Assembly: GCA_964355105.1 (NCBI GenBank)
Contig: CAYHCO010000006.1
Span: 102,378 to 166,377, forward strand
Length of the DNA: 64,000 nt
From: an uncultured Porphyromonadaceae bacterium
GTDB taxonomy: Bacteria; Bacteroidota; Bacteroidia; Bacteroidales; UBA12481
Direction: 5' to 3'
A model generated the notes under the pieces. That model was given only the letters and a program-made list of their open reading frames with translations. It ran no database searches and was not told the origin of the DNA. Of this stretch, positions 18,263 to 27,596 are shown piece after piece; position 1 is the stretch's first letter; each line of letters starts with the position of its first letter. Made by a program: the position numbers and the translations under genes.

Positions 18263-19279
18263 CTAACTGTAGTTCTTCAAAACCCGGGCAGCTTTAAGGG
18301 TAATCCATTTCGATGGTTGCCCTTTTTTTTCGATGTCTGCGACGAATTTGCCGTTGAACGAGTTCTCCATTTTCCAACGGGATAAGGAGTCTTTCTTGCC
18401 ATAAAGAATGTCGATGGCATCCTGCATGCGCGGGTCGCGGACATCGAGTTTGAGCAGGATCTCCAGTATTTCAAGGATGTCCGACTGGTACATCAATGGA
18501 AATCCGAGTCGCAGCCATCCGGGCTTTGAAACCGACTTGAGGTCATGGCTTTTTTTGTAAATATGATGGATCAGGAAGTATTCCACACCCTCGCTTATTG
18601 TCCTGATAGTCTCCGGTGAACGTAATTCAGGCGGTATTTCTGCGAGTGCCTTGAGCGCTTTTACGGCGCCGAGATGGCAGGTATGCTTTCCCCAGCACAT
18701 GATGTACTTTTCATAGGGATGACCTTTCAGGCCGGGTTCTTCCCCATCGTCGAACCGCTGATATTTCCTGATCCATGCGATAGCCCGCTTTACCCTTTCG
18801 TCATTCAGGTATCCCAGCCTGATCAGGCTCCAGGTGAGGTTGCCCGTGAGGCAGGGCACCACATACGTTGGCAGCCCCCCACCCGTCCGTTCACTTTTAT
18901 AGGTTGAAAACCCGCCGTACTCCTGCTCCTGCGAGTTTTCGAGGATAAATTCGCAAGCCCTGGCGATACGGGGATCCCGGCCATCGGCACCCAGCTCAGC
19001 CAGGATAATGAGCTGCCAGACGGTTCCAGTGTATTTGTCGGTATAGAATCTTTTCGGATCGCCCCAATAACCTTCAGGATTTTGATGCGAGAGTATTTCA
19101 GGAGCCTTCCCGAATTCCATGATGGCTGCCCTGGCCTTCCGGGCCACCCCGCTATCGGGAGATTCGCCCAGAAGGCCGGTCAGGGTAAAATACCGTACGG
19201 ACGGATTTTCCGTCTCAAGCAGCCAATTGATCGTATCCTCAGGCAGCCATTCGTTCACTTGGTTGATACGCACTGCCAA
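18263..19279 (-). CDS. prenyltransferase / squalene-cyclase-repeat (alpha/alpha toroid) protein
   Basis: 338 aa with QW-like motifs (SHQNPEGYWGD, SQEQEYGGFS) and repeated helical hairpin pattern. TTG start, or GTG at 19273. Confidence 0.5.
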   Translation of the reverse strand: MAVRINQVNEWLPEDTINWLLETENPSVRYFTLTGLLGESPDSGVARKARAAIMEFGKAPEILSHQNPEGYWGDPKRFYTDKYTGTVWQLIILAELGADGRDPRIARACEFILENSQEQEYGGFSTYKSERTGGGLPTYVVPCLTGNLTWSLIRLGYLNDERVKRAIAWIRKYQRFDDGEEPGLKGHPYEKYIMCWGKHTCHLGAVKALKALAEIPPELRSPETIRTISEGVEYFLIHHIYKKSHDLKSVSKPGWLRLGFPLMYQSDILEILEILLKLDVRDPRMQDAIDILYGKKDSLSRWKMENSFNGKFVADIEKKGQPSKWITLKAARVLKNYS

Positions 19280-20103
19280 CGGCCGTCACGCCAAACAAAA
19301 ATATCGACGAACTTTAAGGTGCCGCTGATGTTTTTCCCTTTGTAGGAACCCTTAAAAGTGTTCTTGCCTTTCACAATTGCGACATTATCGTACAGATTTA
19401 CGGACAAGTCGCTAAGAGTAGCTTTGGATTCGTACTTGTAATTGCCGGAAGTAATATCAGCGATTGCCTCCTGCTTGTTTTTCCAGTCCACCATCTCGTC
19501 GGAATAGCTATACTCATTGGCTAAAAGGAGGTCGAGGGCCTTGGCATCCTTGTTAAATGTGGCTGCGTTCCAGCTCTCTTCCAGTTTGGTAAACTCTTCG
19601 ACCAGGGAGGGCGAGGATTGTGGCAGGGTCATAATCTTGGTATCCGTTCCGTAATCCATGATGATTTTCCACTGCCCGTCGATTTTCTTCCACAGGGTGA
19701 TCCATTTGCCGACAAACTCCTGGGGACCGGAATCGGTGGTATACGAATAGCTGAAAGGACCGCTGTTCCAGGCAAAATCACCGGAAGCCGAGACTTCTAC
19801 GGTATCGCTGGAACCTTTGAATGTTGAACAAAACAGGGGATCCTGCAAGGATTTTTCAAAACTTGCCCTGATCTCAGCCGGAGTAGTGAAAAGTGGTTTA
19901 CCCCGATCCATAGAAATGGATTTAGGCGCAAACAACGCTTCGATCTTTCCGACATCCTTTGCATGCACGGCTGCAATCCAGTCATCGTTCAACTGGTTTA
20001 CTTTTGCTCCTTCGGCTTTGGTGTCCACAACCGGATTGCAGGCACTGCCTGTGAGCAGCAGGGCTCCGACGGCAAAAGCCATGAAAAATTTTGTAATCGA
20101 CAT
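19255..20103 (-). CDS. lipoprotein with two tandem NTF2-like (SnoaL/DUF4440) domains
   Basis: SpII signal LLLTGSAC. Domain 1: LNDDWIAAVHAKDVGKIEALFAPKSISM...KKIDGQWKII. Domain 2: LEESWNAATFNKDAKALDLLLANEYSYSD...FVDIFVWRDGRWQCV. Confidence 0.65.
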   Translation of the reverse strand: MSITKFFMAFAVGALLLTGSACNPVVDTKAEGAKVNQLNDDWIAAVHAKDVGKIEALFAPKSISMDRGKPLFTTPAEIRASFEKSLQDPLFCSTFKGSSDTVEVSASGDFAWNSGPFSYSYTTDSGPQEFVGKWITLWKKIDGQWKIIMDYGTDTKIMTLPQSSPSLVEEFTKLEESWNAATFNKDAKALDLLLANEYSYSDEMVDWKNKQEAIADITSGNYKYESKATLSDLSVNLYDNVAIVKGKNTFKGSYKGKNISGTLKFVDIFVWRDGRWQCVSTK

Positions 20104-20254
20104 AAATACCTCCGAATTAATGATTTGTTGGTCCTAAAAGGTAAGAATAATCCCTGAAATGGCAAAACAATGCCCGGCAAGGATCTGAACCTTCAGGAAG
20201 TTCACTCACATGCCGGGCACTGTGCCATCCGGAATTTCGGAGGCTTCTCAGACT

Positions 20255-21856
20255 TTAGTTCTTAATCACCTTTTTGGTAACCCTTTGTCCGTTTTCACTG
20301 ATAAAAGTTACGAAATACATTCCTGCCGAAAGTTTCGACACGTCAAGGGTAGTAGCGCCCGGCTGGAGATTATCCATACGCTGAACTTCCTGACCGTAAG
20401 CTGAGGTAACAACCACTGCCTTGAAATTCACGGCGGAATTGAAAGTCAGGGTATTGTTGAACGGAACCGGGTAGACATTTACCTCTTCCGAGATCGGAAT
20501 AACCTCAACACCTGAAGCTTTATCGCCCCATTTCAGGGTTGTTGGGGTAAACAGCGTATTAACAAGCACCCTGTTCGGGTCGCCTGCCCATTCGCCGCCG
20601 TCCCAGCCGCTTCCCTTGAAGAATTTGAAGTGATAGGTTCCAACTGGAATAGTCATGTCGATGGTGTAAATGCTGTCGGTATCCGCATCGGTCATTTCAC
20701 ATTTCTCATTGGTTCCCGGACCTGCCCAGGTACCGTAATCCCCTCCGAAATCACCGGCAACGTAAACTTTCTGGCCGGCTGTGAGACCTGAGCCCTTCAT
20801 GTTTACATTGATAACCTGAGTGGTTGGGGTGATCGGGTTAGGATCGTTGTTAATGATGAAATCATCGAAATAAAGCGTGATGTCCTCCGTCAGGCCAATC
20901 GGGTCGGCAAAGTCAGGCATAAAGGCAATAGTAGGATAGGTACCGGTTTTCGAAGTATAATCGAAAACAATATCCTGCCATCCGTTAAATACCGTTTGCG
21001 CATTCATTGATGGTGCTTCCATGGTACCGGCTGCTCCGCCTTCCAACTTAAATTTAACCGGACTGATGCGGGGCTTCCATACTTTAACGTGAACATACTT
21101 GTTGGTGGTCACGTCGACAGGGGTCGGCAACACTGACCAGAAACCTCCCCAGGGAACACCGTCTTTATCGCGGTTGAACTGCACGACGGTGCCGCTTTTG
21201 TTGATACCCGACTTGTCAGGATTGGGCACTGCCCTCATCCACATCTGGTCATCAGCACCACCGAGCATATAATTCAGGGCGATGTGCTCAAAATTTTCGA
21301 TGGTATAAGCAGCAGCACTTCCGACAGCCGGATCATTGTTAACGACGATATCATCGAAATAAATGACCAGATCTTCGGAAAGGCTCACCGGATCCTGAAA
21401 GTCCGGCATGAAGGCGATAGTCGGGTAGGTGCCAGTTTTTGAAGTAAAGTCAAAAACCATCTCCTGCCAGGCTCCGGTAACCGTTTGGGCGGTCATGGAT
21501 CCCTGTTCCAGGGTTCCTGCGGCTCCACCCTCCAGTTTAAACTTGATCGGGCTGATCCGTGTTTTCCAAACTTTTACGTGAACGTATTTGTTGGTGGTCA
21601 CATCAACAACCGTCGGCAATGCCGACCAGAATCCGCCCCATGGCACACCGTCCTTGTCGCGGACGAATTTTGCCACCCGGCCGCTGGTATTGATGCCGGT
21701 GGGATCAGGATTGGCCACGACGGTAAATGAGCTCAGGTCATTGGCTCCGCCAAGCATCGGGTTCAAACCGATGGTTTCGAAGTCTTCAATCACCTGTGCC
21801 TGCATAAAACCGGCAAAAGCCATCAACATGAATGAAACAAGTGTAAATTTTCTCAT
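20255..21856 (-). CDS. T9SS-secreted protein with duplicated about 160-aa domain, CBM-like module and type A C-terminal sorting domain
   Basis: Signal peptide. Two near-colinear repeats (IEDFETIGLNPMLGG...YFDDIVVNNDP and IENFEHIALNYMLGG...YFDDFIINNDP). C-terminal sorting domain: VYPVPFNNTLTFNS...GMYFVTFISENGQRVTKKVIKN. Confidence 0.75.
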   Translation of the reverse strand: MRKFTLVSFMLMAFAGFMQAQVIEDFETIGLNPMLGGANDLSSFTVVANPDPTGINTSGRVAKFVRDKDGVPWGGFWSALPTVVDVTTNKYVHVKVWKTRISPIKFKLEGGAAGTLEQGSMTAQTVTGAWQEMVFDFTSKTGTYPTIAFMPDFQDPVSLSEDLVIYFDDIVVNNDPAVGSAAAYTIENFEHIALNYMLGGADDQMWMRAVPNPDKSGINKSGTVVQFNRDKDGVPWGGFWSVLPTPVDVTTNKYVHVKVWKPRISPVKFKLEGGAAGTMEAPSMNAQTVFNGWQDIVFDYTSKTGTYPTIAFMPDFADPIGLTEDITLYFDDFIINNDPNPITPTTQVINVNMKGSGLTAGQKVYVAGDFGGDYGTWAGPGTNEKCEMTDADTDSIYTIDMTIPVGTYHFKFFKGSGWDGGEWAGDPNRVLVNTLFTPTTLKWGDKASGVEVIPISEEVNVYPVPFNNTLTFNSAVNFKAVVVTSAYGQEVQRMDNLQPGATTLDVSKLSAGMYFVTFISENGQRVTKKVIKN

Positions 21857-21958
21857 ATGCTAAAGTTTAAGTGAATACTCAGTTATCTAACCAAAGATAC
21901 ACAAAATAGTTCTTGGCTTCGCCGTAAATATTTTCGTTAAAGACTCTTTTATCCTTGT

Positions 21959-22558
21959 TTATTTATAGCCGTTGTTAATCACGTAATAGGGATTGATGAT
22001 GGTTACCAGGATCTTTTCCCCGGTAGTAAACCCTCCCCTTTTCATTCTCTTGGTTGCCTGATGAGATAGCTCGCCCAGAGCAATACCACATATCGGTGTA
22101 GTTATCAAATCATTAATAGAAGGCTGCTCGTTGATGGCTTCCAGAAAATATTCCCAGAATAGGGTATGGATAACATTGAAGGCTGCCGATTCCCAGAATC
22201 CGGCACCCTGGCTCCTGACCGCATTAAAAAAGAAGGAACCCTGGAGCGGATGCCCCACATAATTAACCACCCAGCCATCCTTGTCCCATACCGGAGGGGT
22301 AGTATAGGCCCTTTTCAGGTTGCTGCCCCAATACAGCCAGAATTTTTTCTCCCAGTTACTGAATTCCCTCGGCGAGAGGTAGAGGATGGTGCTGCTCAGT
22401 GCTTCCTGTGCAAGGATTTCCCCGGTGCCGATAAACGCACGCTTAGGGAATTTTGTTTCTTTCACGAACTGAGGCCTCGCGTCCGGCGCTAAAAAAGCAA
22501 GTATAAGAAGGGCAGCAAAAGCAGTCCGAAATATACAGAACATCCAATAGGTTCTCAT
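21959..22558 (-). CDS. DUF3943-like secreted/membrane protein
   Basis: 199 aa, hydrophobic N-terminus. The motif VGHPLQGSFFFNAVRSQG recalls DUF3943. The family call is from memory only. Confidence 0.4.
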   Translation of the reverse strand: MRTYWMFCIFRTAFAALLILAFLAPDARPQFVKETKFPKRAFIGTGEILAQEALSSTILYLSPREFSNWEKKFWLYWGSNLKRAYTTPPVWDKDGWVVNYVGHPLQGSFFFNAVRSQGAGFWESAAFNVIHTLFWEYFLEAINEQPSINDLITTPICGIALGELSHQATKRMKRGGFTTGEKILVTIINPYYVINNGYK

Positions 22559-22726
22559 ATTAAGGGGATTAAGGTGTTATACTTCACTGCTAATATAAAA
22601 GTTTTAACCTATTTCCCGAGAACAACAATCACCTTTAAAACAGGCATTAAGGCCTTTCTTGGCTTTGCCGTCCTCGCGGGTATACCGCATTTATAATGCA
22701 GTTTACCCAGGGCTCAGCGATCGCAA

Positions 22727-24334
22727 CTAGCTTTTAAGAGCCTTGTCGGCGGCAAGTTTACCGGTGAGAATAGAGATCGGAAGCCCAGCCGGACTGTATA
22801 CCCACTGTCCGGCCTGATAAACAGAGGGAATCAGCGTGTCAACGGATGAAGCAACGTTAAGTAACCTCGTCTCGGCCGGGATAAAAGGGTTGGTAAACGC
22901 CCAGCCGGTAATCCCCCCGTCTGTATTGCCTGTCAGCCGTTCAATCGTCAGCGGGGACGAGGAAAAACGTCCGGAAACCTTGCCGCTCAGACCGGGAAAT
23001 ATGCTCTCATCCAAAACACGGATAAAACTGAGTTCCAGAAAATCCTTGATTTCATCGGTCCAACCACAGTCGTCGATCTTTTTAGCCAGCTGGTAATCAT
23101 ACAATAAGCTTACGATCAGACCGGTTTTGCCTTCCGGTGCGAGGGTTTCGTCACGCAACACAGGAATGGCTATCTCGAAAGTATTCAGCCGGCAATAATC
23201 AAACAGGTATTCCTTAACCTGGTTTTTCATGGCTGTATCCTCCGGATGGCATTCCGGATCATTCAGGAACGCGTTAATCCTGTCCTTGGAAAGAGCTGTT
23301 AACCCTGATTTGTCGGGTGTATAAAAGAAGTGGCCGGTACAAACCTCGGCAAAGTATTCTTTTTTCTCATCTACGGTAAGATAAACGGTATACACGGAAT
23401 CACCGCCGCGCATGTCTTTCAGGACCGAACGCCTGGCTTTGATCCTCTCAGATAGTTTAAGATCTTTTAGCTCATCGGTGGGGATACAATTGTACAGTAA
23501 TTTGGTATCGGCAGCCCAGACAAGATGGTCATATTCAACCCGGTTGCCCAGATTGTCAATCACATATTTTTCCTCCGGATGCAGGCTTTCCACGGTCGAT
23601 TTGATCTGTATAACCCCGCCATGTGCTTGAATATATTCTGCCATCTTTTTGATCAGAGTGGCTGTGCCTCCCTTGGGATAGTGATAATCAAGATAAAGCC
23701 GGAAATAGCTGAGCGCAAAGGAAGTGGGCGTTTTTTGAAAGAAATGCTGGGCAATAATATCGATCAGTGCGCGGTTGTTGGTCAGACGGCTCAGGTAATC
23801 CTCCACCGGCTCCTTCAGGGCACTGATCTTCCTCACGGTAAAAAGGAACTTAAACACCCACGGCAATACCACCTTGAACAGGTATTTCCTGTCCTCCATC
23901 ATGTTCATGAATGCCGGATTATCCAGACCGTACAGGACATCCATATAATTCATGATTTTCCTGATCTCGCGAATAATCTTCTCTATATCCCTCTTGTTTT
24001 CAGGATAATGCTCCTTAAGAAAGTTCTCATATTGCAGGAGGCTGCCGCTATCCTCCAGCTTAAGTATGCTATTACCAATACCGATGGACACGTTGCTTTT
24101 AACGAAATCTATCTCAATGCCCAGCTGCCTCAGCATCGGGAAAACGATTCCCGAATTTTCAATCGACCGCAGTCCGGCGTCAAACCAGACTCCGTTGCGG
24201 CTAAAGGTTTGTACGAGTCCCCCAACTTCTGACTGTCGTTCAAACAATATTACAGACTTTCCCGCCCGCGACAGATATGCGGCGGACGTGAGGCCGGCAA
24301 TGCCACCTCCGACTATGATGCTGTCATACTTCAT
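22727..24334 (-). CDS. NAD(P)/FAD-dependent oxidoreductase, phytoene-desaturase (CrtI)-like family
   Basis: N-terminal dinucleotide fold IIVGGGIAGLTSAAYLSRAGKSVILFERQSEVGG. 535 aa. C-terminal GQWVYSPAGLP. Colinear paralog of the partial ORF at 63038. Confidence 0.85.
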   Translation of the reverse strand: MKYDSIIVGGGIAGLTSAAYLSRAGKSVILFERQSEVGGLVQTFSRNGVWFDAGLRSIENSGIVFPMLRQLGIEIDFVKSNVSIGIGNSILKLEDSGSLLQYENFLKEHYPENKRDIEKIIREIRKIMNYMDVLYGLDNPAFMNMMEDRKYLFKVVLPWVFKFLFTVRKISALKEPVEDYLSRLTNNRALIDIIAQHFFQKTPTSFALSYFRLYLDYHYPKGGTATLIKKMAEYIQAHGGVIQIKSTVESLHPEEKYVIDNLGNRVEYDHLVWAADTKLLYNCIPTDELKDLKLSERIKARRSVLKDMRGGDSVYTVYLTVDEKKEYFAEVCTGHFFYTPDKSGLTALSKDRINAFLNDPECHPEDTAMKNQVKEYLFDYCRLNTFEIAIPVLRDETLAPEGKTGLIVSLLYDYQLAKKIDDCGWTDEIKDFLELSFIRVLDESIFPGLSGKVSGRFSSSPLTIERLTGNTDGGITGWAFTNPFIPAETRLLNVASSVDTLIPSVYQAGQWVYSPAGLPISILTGKLAADKALKS

Positions 24335-25271
24335 AGAGGTTTTCCTGGTCTAAATGGGTTAATACCTTACTGATCTCAAATATCTGCTTGCCCAGCACCC
24401 TGTTCATCGCATGCGGGGCAGGTTTTTCTTCATTGGTCAGGTTAAAAAACTTACCGCTCACCCCTTCCATTTCCGGTGATGAGGCCAGGTAATAAATAGC
24501 TTCACCCGACACCTTCGGATTCTTCAGCATCGGCTGAATGATCAGGCGCGAGTAAAGATTGTACATGATGCCGTTGTTATGGCCAATGTTCGATTTTACG
24601 GCACCGGGATGCATCGCATTGATGGTTACGCCCTTGCCTGTTAATAGATCGTTCAATTCCCAGACGGTCATCATCTGGGCAATTTTGGAGGCACCGTATC
24701 CGCTGAGCCCTTTGTAGCGCCTGTTTGCCCAGCTGAGATCATTTATTCTCAATCCGTTAAACCGGTGTCCTTCAGAATTAACATCAATTATACGCGACGG
24801 GGCACTTTCCACCATTCGCTTAAGCAGCAAGCTGGTGATCAGAAATGAGGCCAGATGATTGACACCAAACGCCATTTCATGGCCGTCAGCAGTGAGTTGC
24901 CGCGTTGTCATATGTACGCCGGCATTATTAATCAGGACATCAATCCTTGGATAATTGGCAAGAATGGCTTCGGCAGCCTGCCTGACCTCACCAAGCCGGG
25001 TAAAGTCGGCCAGATAATAATCGGGCGAATGAGGAGATAACTGCCGGATCTCCTCGCAGAGTTGTTCAGCTTTAGCGCGGCTTCTGACGATCATAACAAT
25101 TTTTGCCCCCGCTCTGGCCAGCCTGACGGCAGCCTGATACCCTACCCCGGATGTGGTACCGGTAATCACGCACACTTTACCTTCCATGGATTCAGTGGAG
25201 TGCTTCTGCGGAAGCCGACCGACCGCGATAAAATTCAGTTCATCAGGTAATTCAAATAATTTCCTTTTCAT
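24324..25271 (-). CDS. short-chain dehydrogenase/reductase (retinol-dehydrogenase-like SDR)
   Basis: VITGTTSGVGYQAA (TGxxxGxG), NNAG, YGASK (YxxxK). Start overlaps the upstream stop (ATGA). Overlaps the downstream gene by 11 bp. Confidence 0.9.
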   Translation of the reverse strand: MKRKLFELPDELNFIAVGRLPQKHSTESMEGKVCVITGTTSGVGYQAAVRLARAGAKIVMIVRSRAKAEQLCEEIRQLSPHSPDYYLADFTRLGEVRQAAEAILANYPRIDVLINNAGVHMTTRQLTADGHEMAFGVNHLASFLITSLLLKRMVESAPSRIIDVNSEGHRFNGLRINDLSWANRRYKGLSGYGASKIAQMMTVWELNDLLTGKGVTINAMHPGAVKSNIGHNNGIMYNLYSRLIIQPMLKNPKVSGEAIYYLASSPEMEGVSGKFFNLTNEEKPAPHAMNRVLGKQIFEISKVLTHLDQENLYEV

Positions 25272-25756
25272 CAGCCGAACCTTTTGATTAAAAACCGACG
25301 GTACATCTTGCCGAATCTTGGAATATTATTGAATATATCGCCCCATAAATCATAATAATCACGCTGTTCAATGATCTGCCCATCGAGTATTCTGAGCTTT
25401 GTGGCACCATACATATGGGTGCTGGGATATTTTTTAAACATCATGGTCATGATCCATTCAAAAATGAACACGTCCCCATCCTGGGCGATTGTAACAATCT
25501 CCATATTAAGCTCCTTTGTCCGGGTAGTCAGGCGGGTACACATTTCCGTAAAAGCCTCAATGCCCTCAATGCGTTGTATCGTATCCTGGAAAACCAGGTC
25601 TTTATGGTAATAAGGGAATATGTGTGACCAGTCGGGCTTCCCCTGCGTATTGTATGTCCGAGACCACAATTCTTTAATCGTTTCGATATTAAGAACCTTC
25701 AGCTCAGGAACTTCTACATCACCCGGCTGTTTAAAATTCATCTCCTTATTTTCCAT
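25271..25756 (-). CDS. NTF2-like (SnoaL-type) protein
   Basis: 161 aa. Blocks ETIKELWSRTYNTQGKPDWSHIFPYY and RDYYDLWGDIFNNIPRFGKMYRRF are shared with the 61580..62053 paralog. Confidence 0.65.
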   Translation of the reverse strand: MENKEMNFKQPGDVEVPELKVLNIETIKELWSRTYNTQGKPDWSHIFPYYHKDLVFQDTIQRIEGIEAFTEMCTRLTTRTKELNMEIVTIAQDGDVFIFEWIMTMMFKKYPSTHMYGATKLRILDGQIIEQRDYYDLWGDIFNNIPRFGKMYRRFLIKRFG

Positions 25757-25927
25757 TTTTTGCAGTTAGGTCTACAGGTTTTCAGCGTTCAAGATATTCA
25801 AATTTATATATATCTGTATTCTTTCCAAATGCAAACAATCCACAGACCTAAAAGGTTGTGCAACAAGAAAGTTGAGATAATTAAATTTTGTATTTTCACT
25901 TTTACTAACCTATCAGGAGGAAAATAT

Positions 25928-26899
25928 ATGGAAACCAAAAGATTCTGGAAGATTGCCGGATGGATTGTGGTAGCTATTGGCGTATTGATTGGCGGAGCAC
26001 TGATATACCTCACCGGATTCAGGCTGAAAACTAAAGCCGCCGACATTAAGGTGGAAATAACTCCGGCCCGTGTGGAAGCCGGGAAATACCTGGCCAATCA
26101 TGTCATGGTATGTGTTGATTGTCATTCAGCCCGCGACTGGAGTCTATTCTCGGGTCCGCCAAAACCAGGTACCGAGGGTAGCGGCGGAGAAATATTTTCC
26201 GAAGATATGGGGTTTCCGGGCCGGTTTGTTGCGAGAAACATCACACCGTTTAACCTGAAAAACTGGACCGACGGGCAGCTGCTGAGGGCAATCACGGAGG
26301 GTGTGGACAATCGCAACATGCCACTTTTCCCGGTTATGCCGGCACCCTATTACGGCACGCTGGATCAGGAAGATATTTACTCGATCATTGCCTACCTGCG
26401 CACCATGCCTGAGAAAACCAATGTGTCTGAACCTTCCTATACCAGTTTTCCATTCAGCCTGATCATGTACATGATTCCGAAGAAAGCCGCATTTGTCGAT
26501 AAGCCCGCAAAAAGCGATACTGTGGCCTACGGGAAATACCTGTCCGCCGCTGCTGGCTGTGTGGAATGCCATACCGTAGCGCGCAGGGGAAAGATCGACC
26601 GGACGAAGGCCTATGCCGGTGGTCGCGAGTTTATCACTACATTAAAGACGGTAGTAGCTGCAAACATCACTCCATCAGTGACTACCGGCATTGGCCAGTG
26701 GACTGCTGAAGCCTTTATTGCCAGGTTCAAAGCATACGATCCGGCTGTTAATCCGCTTCCCAAAGCCCAGGATGTCGGGTTTAATACCGTGATGCCCTGG
26801 TCGATGTACGCAGGAATGGATTCGCTTGACCTGCATGCCATTTACCGCTACCTGCAAACCTTGGAGCCAGTGGAGAATACAGTGCAGAAAATCAGGTAA
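25928..26899 (+). CDS. membrane-anchored dihaem c-type cytochrome
   Basis: N-terminal TM helix WKIAGWIVVAIGVLIGGALIYL and two CxxCH motifs (CVDCH, CVECH). Start at ATG 25928, not the 25760 ORF extension. Confidence 0.8.
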   Translation: METKRFWKIAGWIVVAIGVLIGGALIYLTGFRLKTKAADIKVEITPARVEAGKYLANHVMVCVDCHSARDWSLFSGPPKPGTEGSGGEIFSEDMGFPGRFVARNITPFNLKNWTDGQLLRAITEGVDNRNMPLFPVMPAPYYGTLDQEDIYSIIAYLRTMPEKTNVSEPSYTSFPFSLIMYMIPKKAAFVDKPAKSDTVAYGKYLSAAAGCVECHTVARRGKIDRTKAYAGGREFITTLKTVVAANITPSVTTGIGQWTAEAFIARFKAYDPAVNPLPKAQDVGFNTVMPWSMYAGMDSLDLHAIYRYLQTLEPVENTVQKIR

Positions 26900-26909
26900 C
26901 CGTTCATTT

Positions 26910-27587
26910 TCAGAGCCCGGAACTGGTGATCGGCAGTAAATAATAGTAAATCGCAATAAAATGTGAAGCTGCGCCGGCAACCACCAAAAGGTGCCAGACG
27001 AGGTGGTGGTAATTAAAACGACCCAACCGATAGAAGAAAATGCCAATCGTATAGCATAAACCACCGATCAGTATCCAGATCAGGCCCATCAGCGTAAGAC
27101 TCTTGTAAAGCGGGACAATGGCTATTATAACCATCCAACCCATTGCCGCATAAAGAAGAATGTAAAAAAGATTGACCCCCTGATTGAACCGGGTCGGTTT
27201 AACCAGCTTGATAGTTATTCCGATAATTGCCAGACCCCACTCCAACCCGAAGATCACCCAACCAAAAGTTCCATGAAGCGCTACCAGGGTGAATGGCGTG
27301 TAGGTTCCGGCTATCAGGGTAAAAATTGCTATCTGATCAATGGTAAAAAAAACGTCCTTGGCTCTGCCTTGCTTAAGCCAGTGAGTCATCGTCGATGAGA
27401 AAAACAAAATGATCATGGTTACACCAAAAACCGCCGTACTCACGATGTGCCATGCATTTCCGATCCTGGCTGATTTTACAATAAGAAGTAACAGGGCAAC
27501 CGTTGCCAGAAGAGCTCCGGCCAGGTGAGACAATGCATTGGCCAGCTCCTCGTTCCTCGTGTATCTCGATTCGGGTTCAGTCATCAA
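26910..27587 (-). CDS. hemolysin III / PAQR family channel protein
   Basis: 225 aa, 7 predicted TM helices. N-terminal EELANALSHLAGALL and C-terminal HHLVWHLLVVAGAASHF. Confidence 0.85.
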   Translation of the reverse strand: MMTEPESRYTRNEELANALSHLAGALLATVALLLLIVKSARIGNAWHIVSTAVFGVTMIILFFSSTMTHWLKQGRAKDVFFTIDQIAIFTLIAGTYTPFTLVALHGTFGWVIFGLEWGLAIIGITIKLVKPTRFNQGVNLFYILLYAAMGWMVIIAIVPLYKSLTLMGLIWILIGGLCYTIGIFFYRLGRFNYHHLVWHLLVVAGAASHFIAIYYYLLPITSSGL

Positions 27588-27596
27588 TTTAGATTC

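Noticed and set aside
20171-20219. 9-bp inverted repeat TGCCCGGCA ... TGCCGGGCA downstream of the T9SS cargo gene, as a possible terminator.
   Set aside because: The 31-nt loop and the merely T-rich trailing sequence (TTGTTTTG) are not a canonical intrinsic terminator. I left it uncalled.
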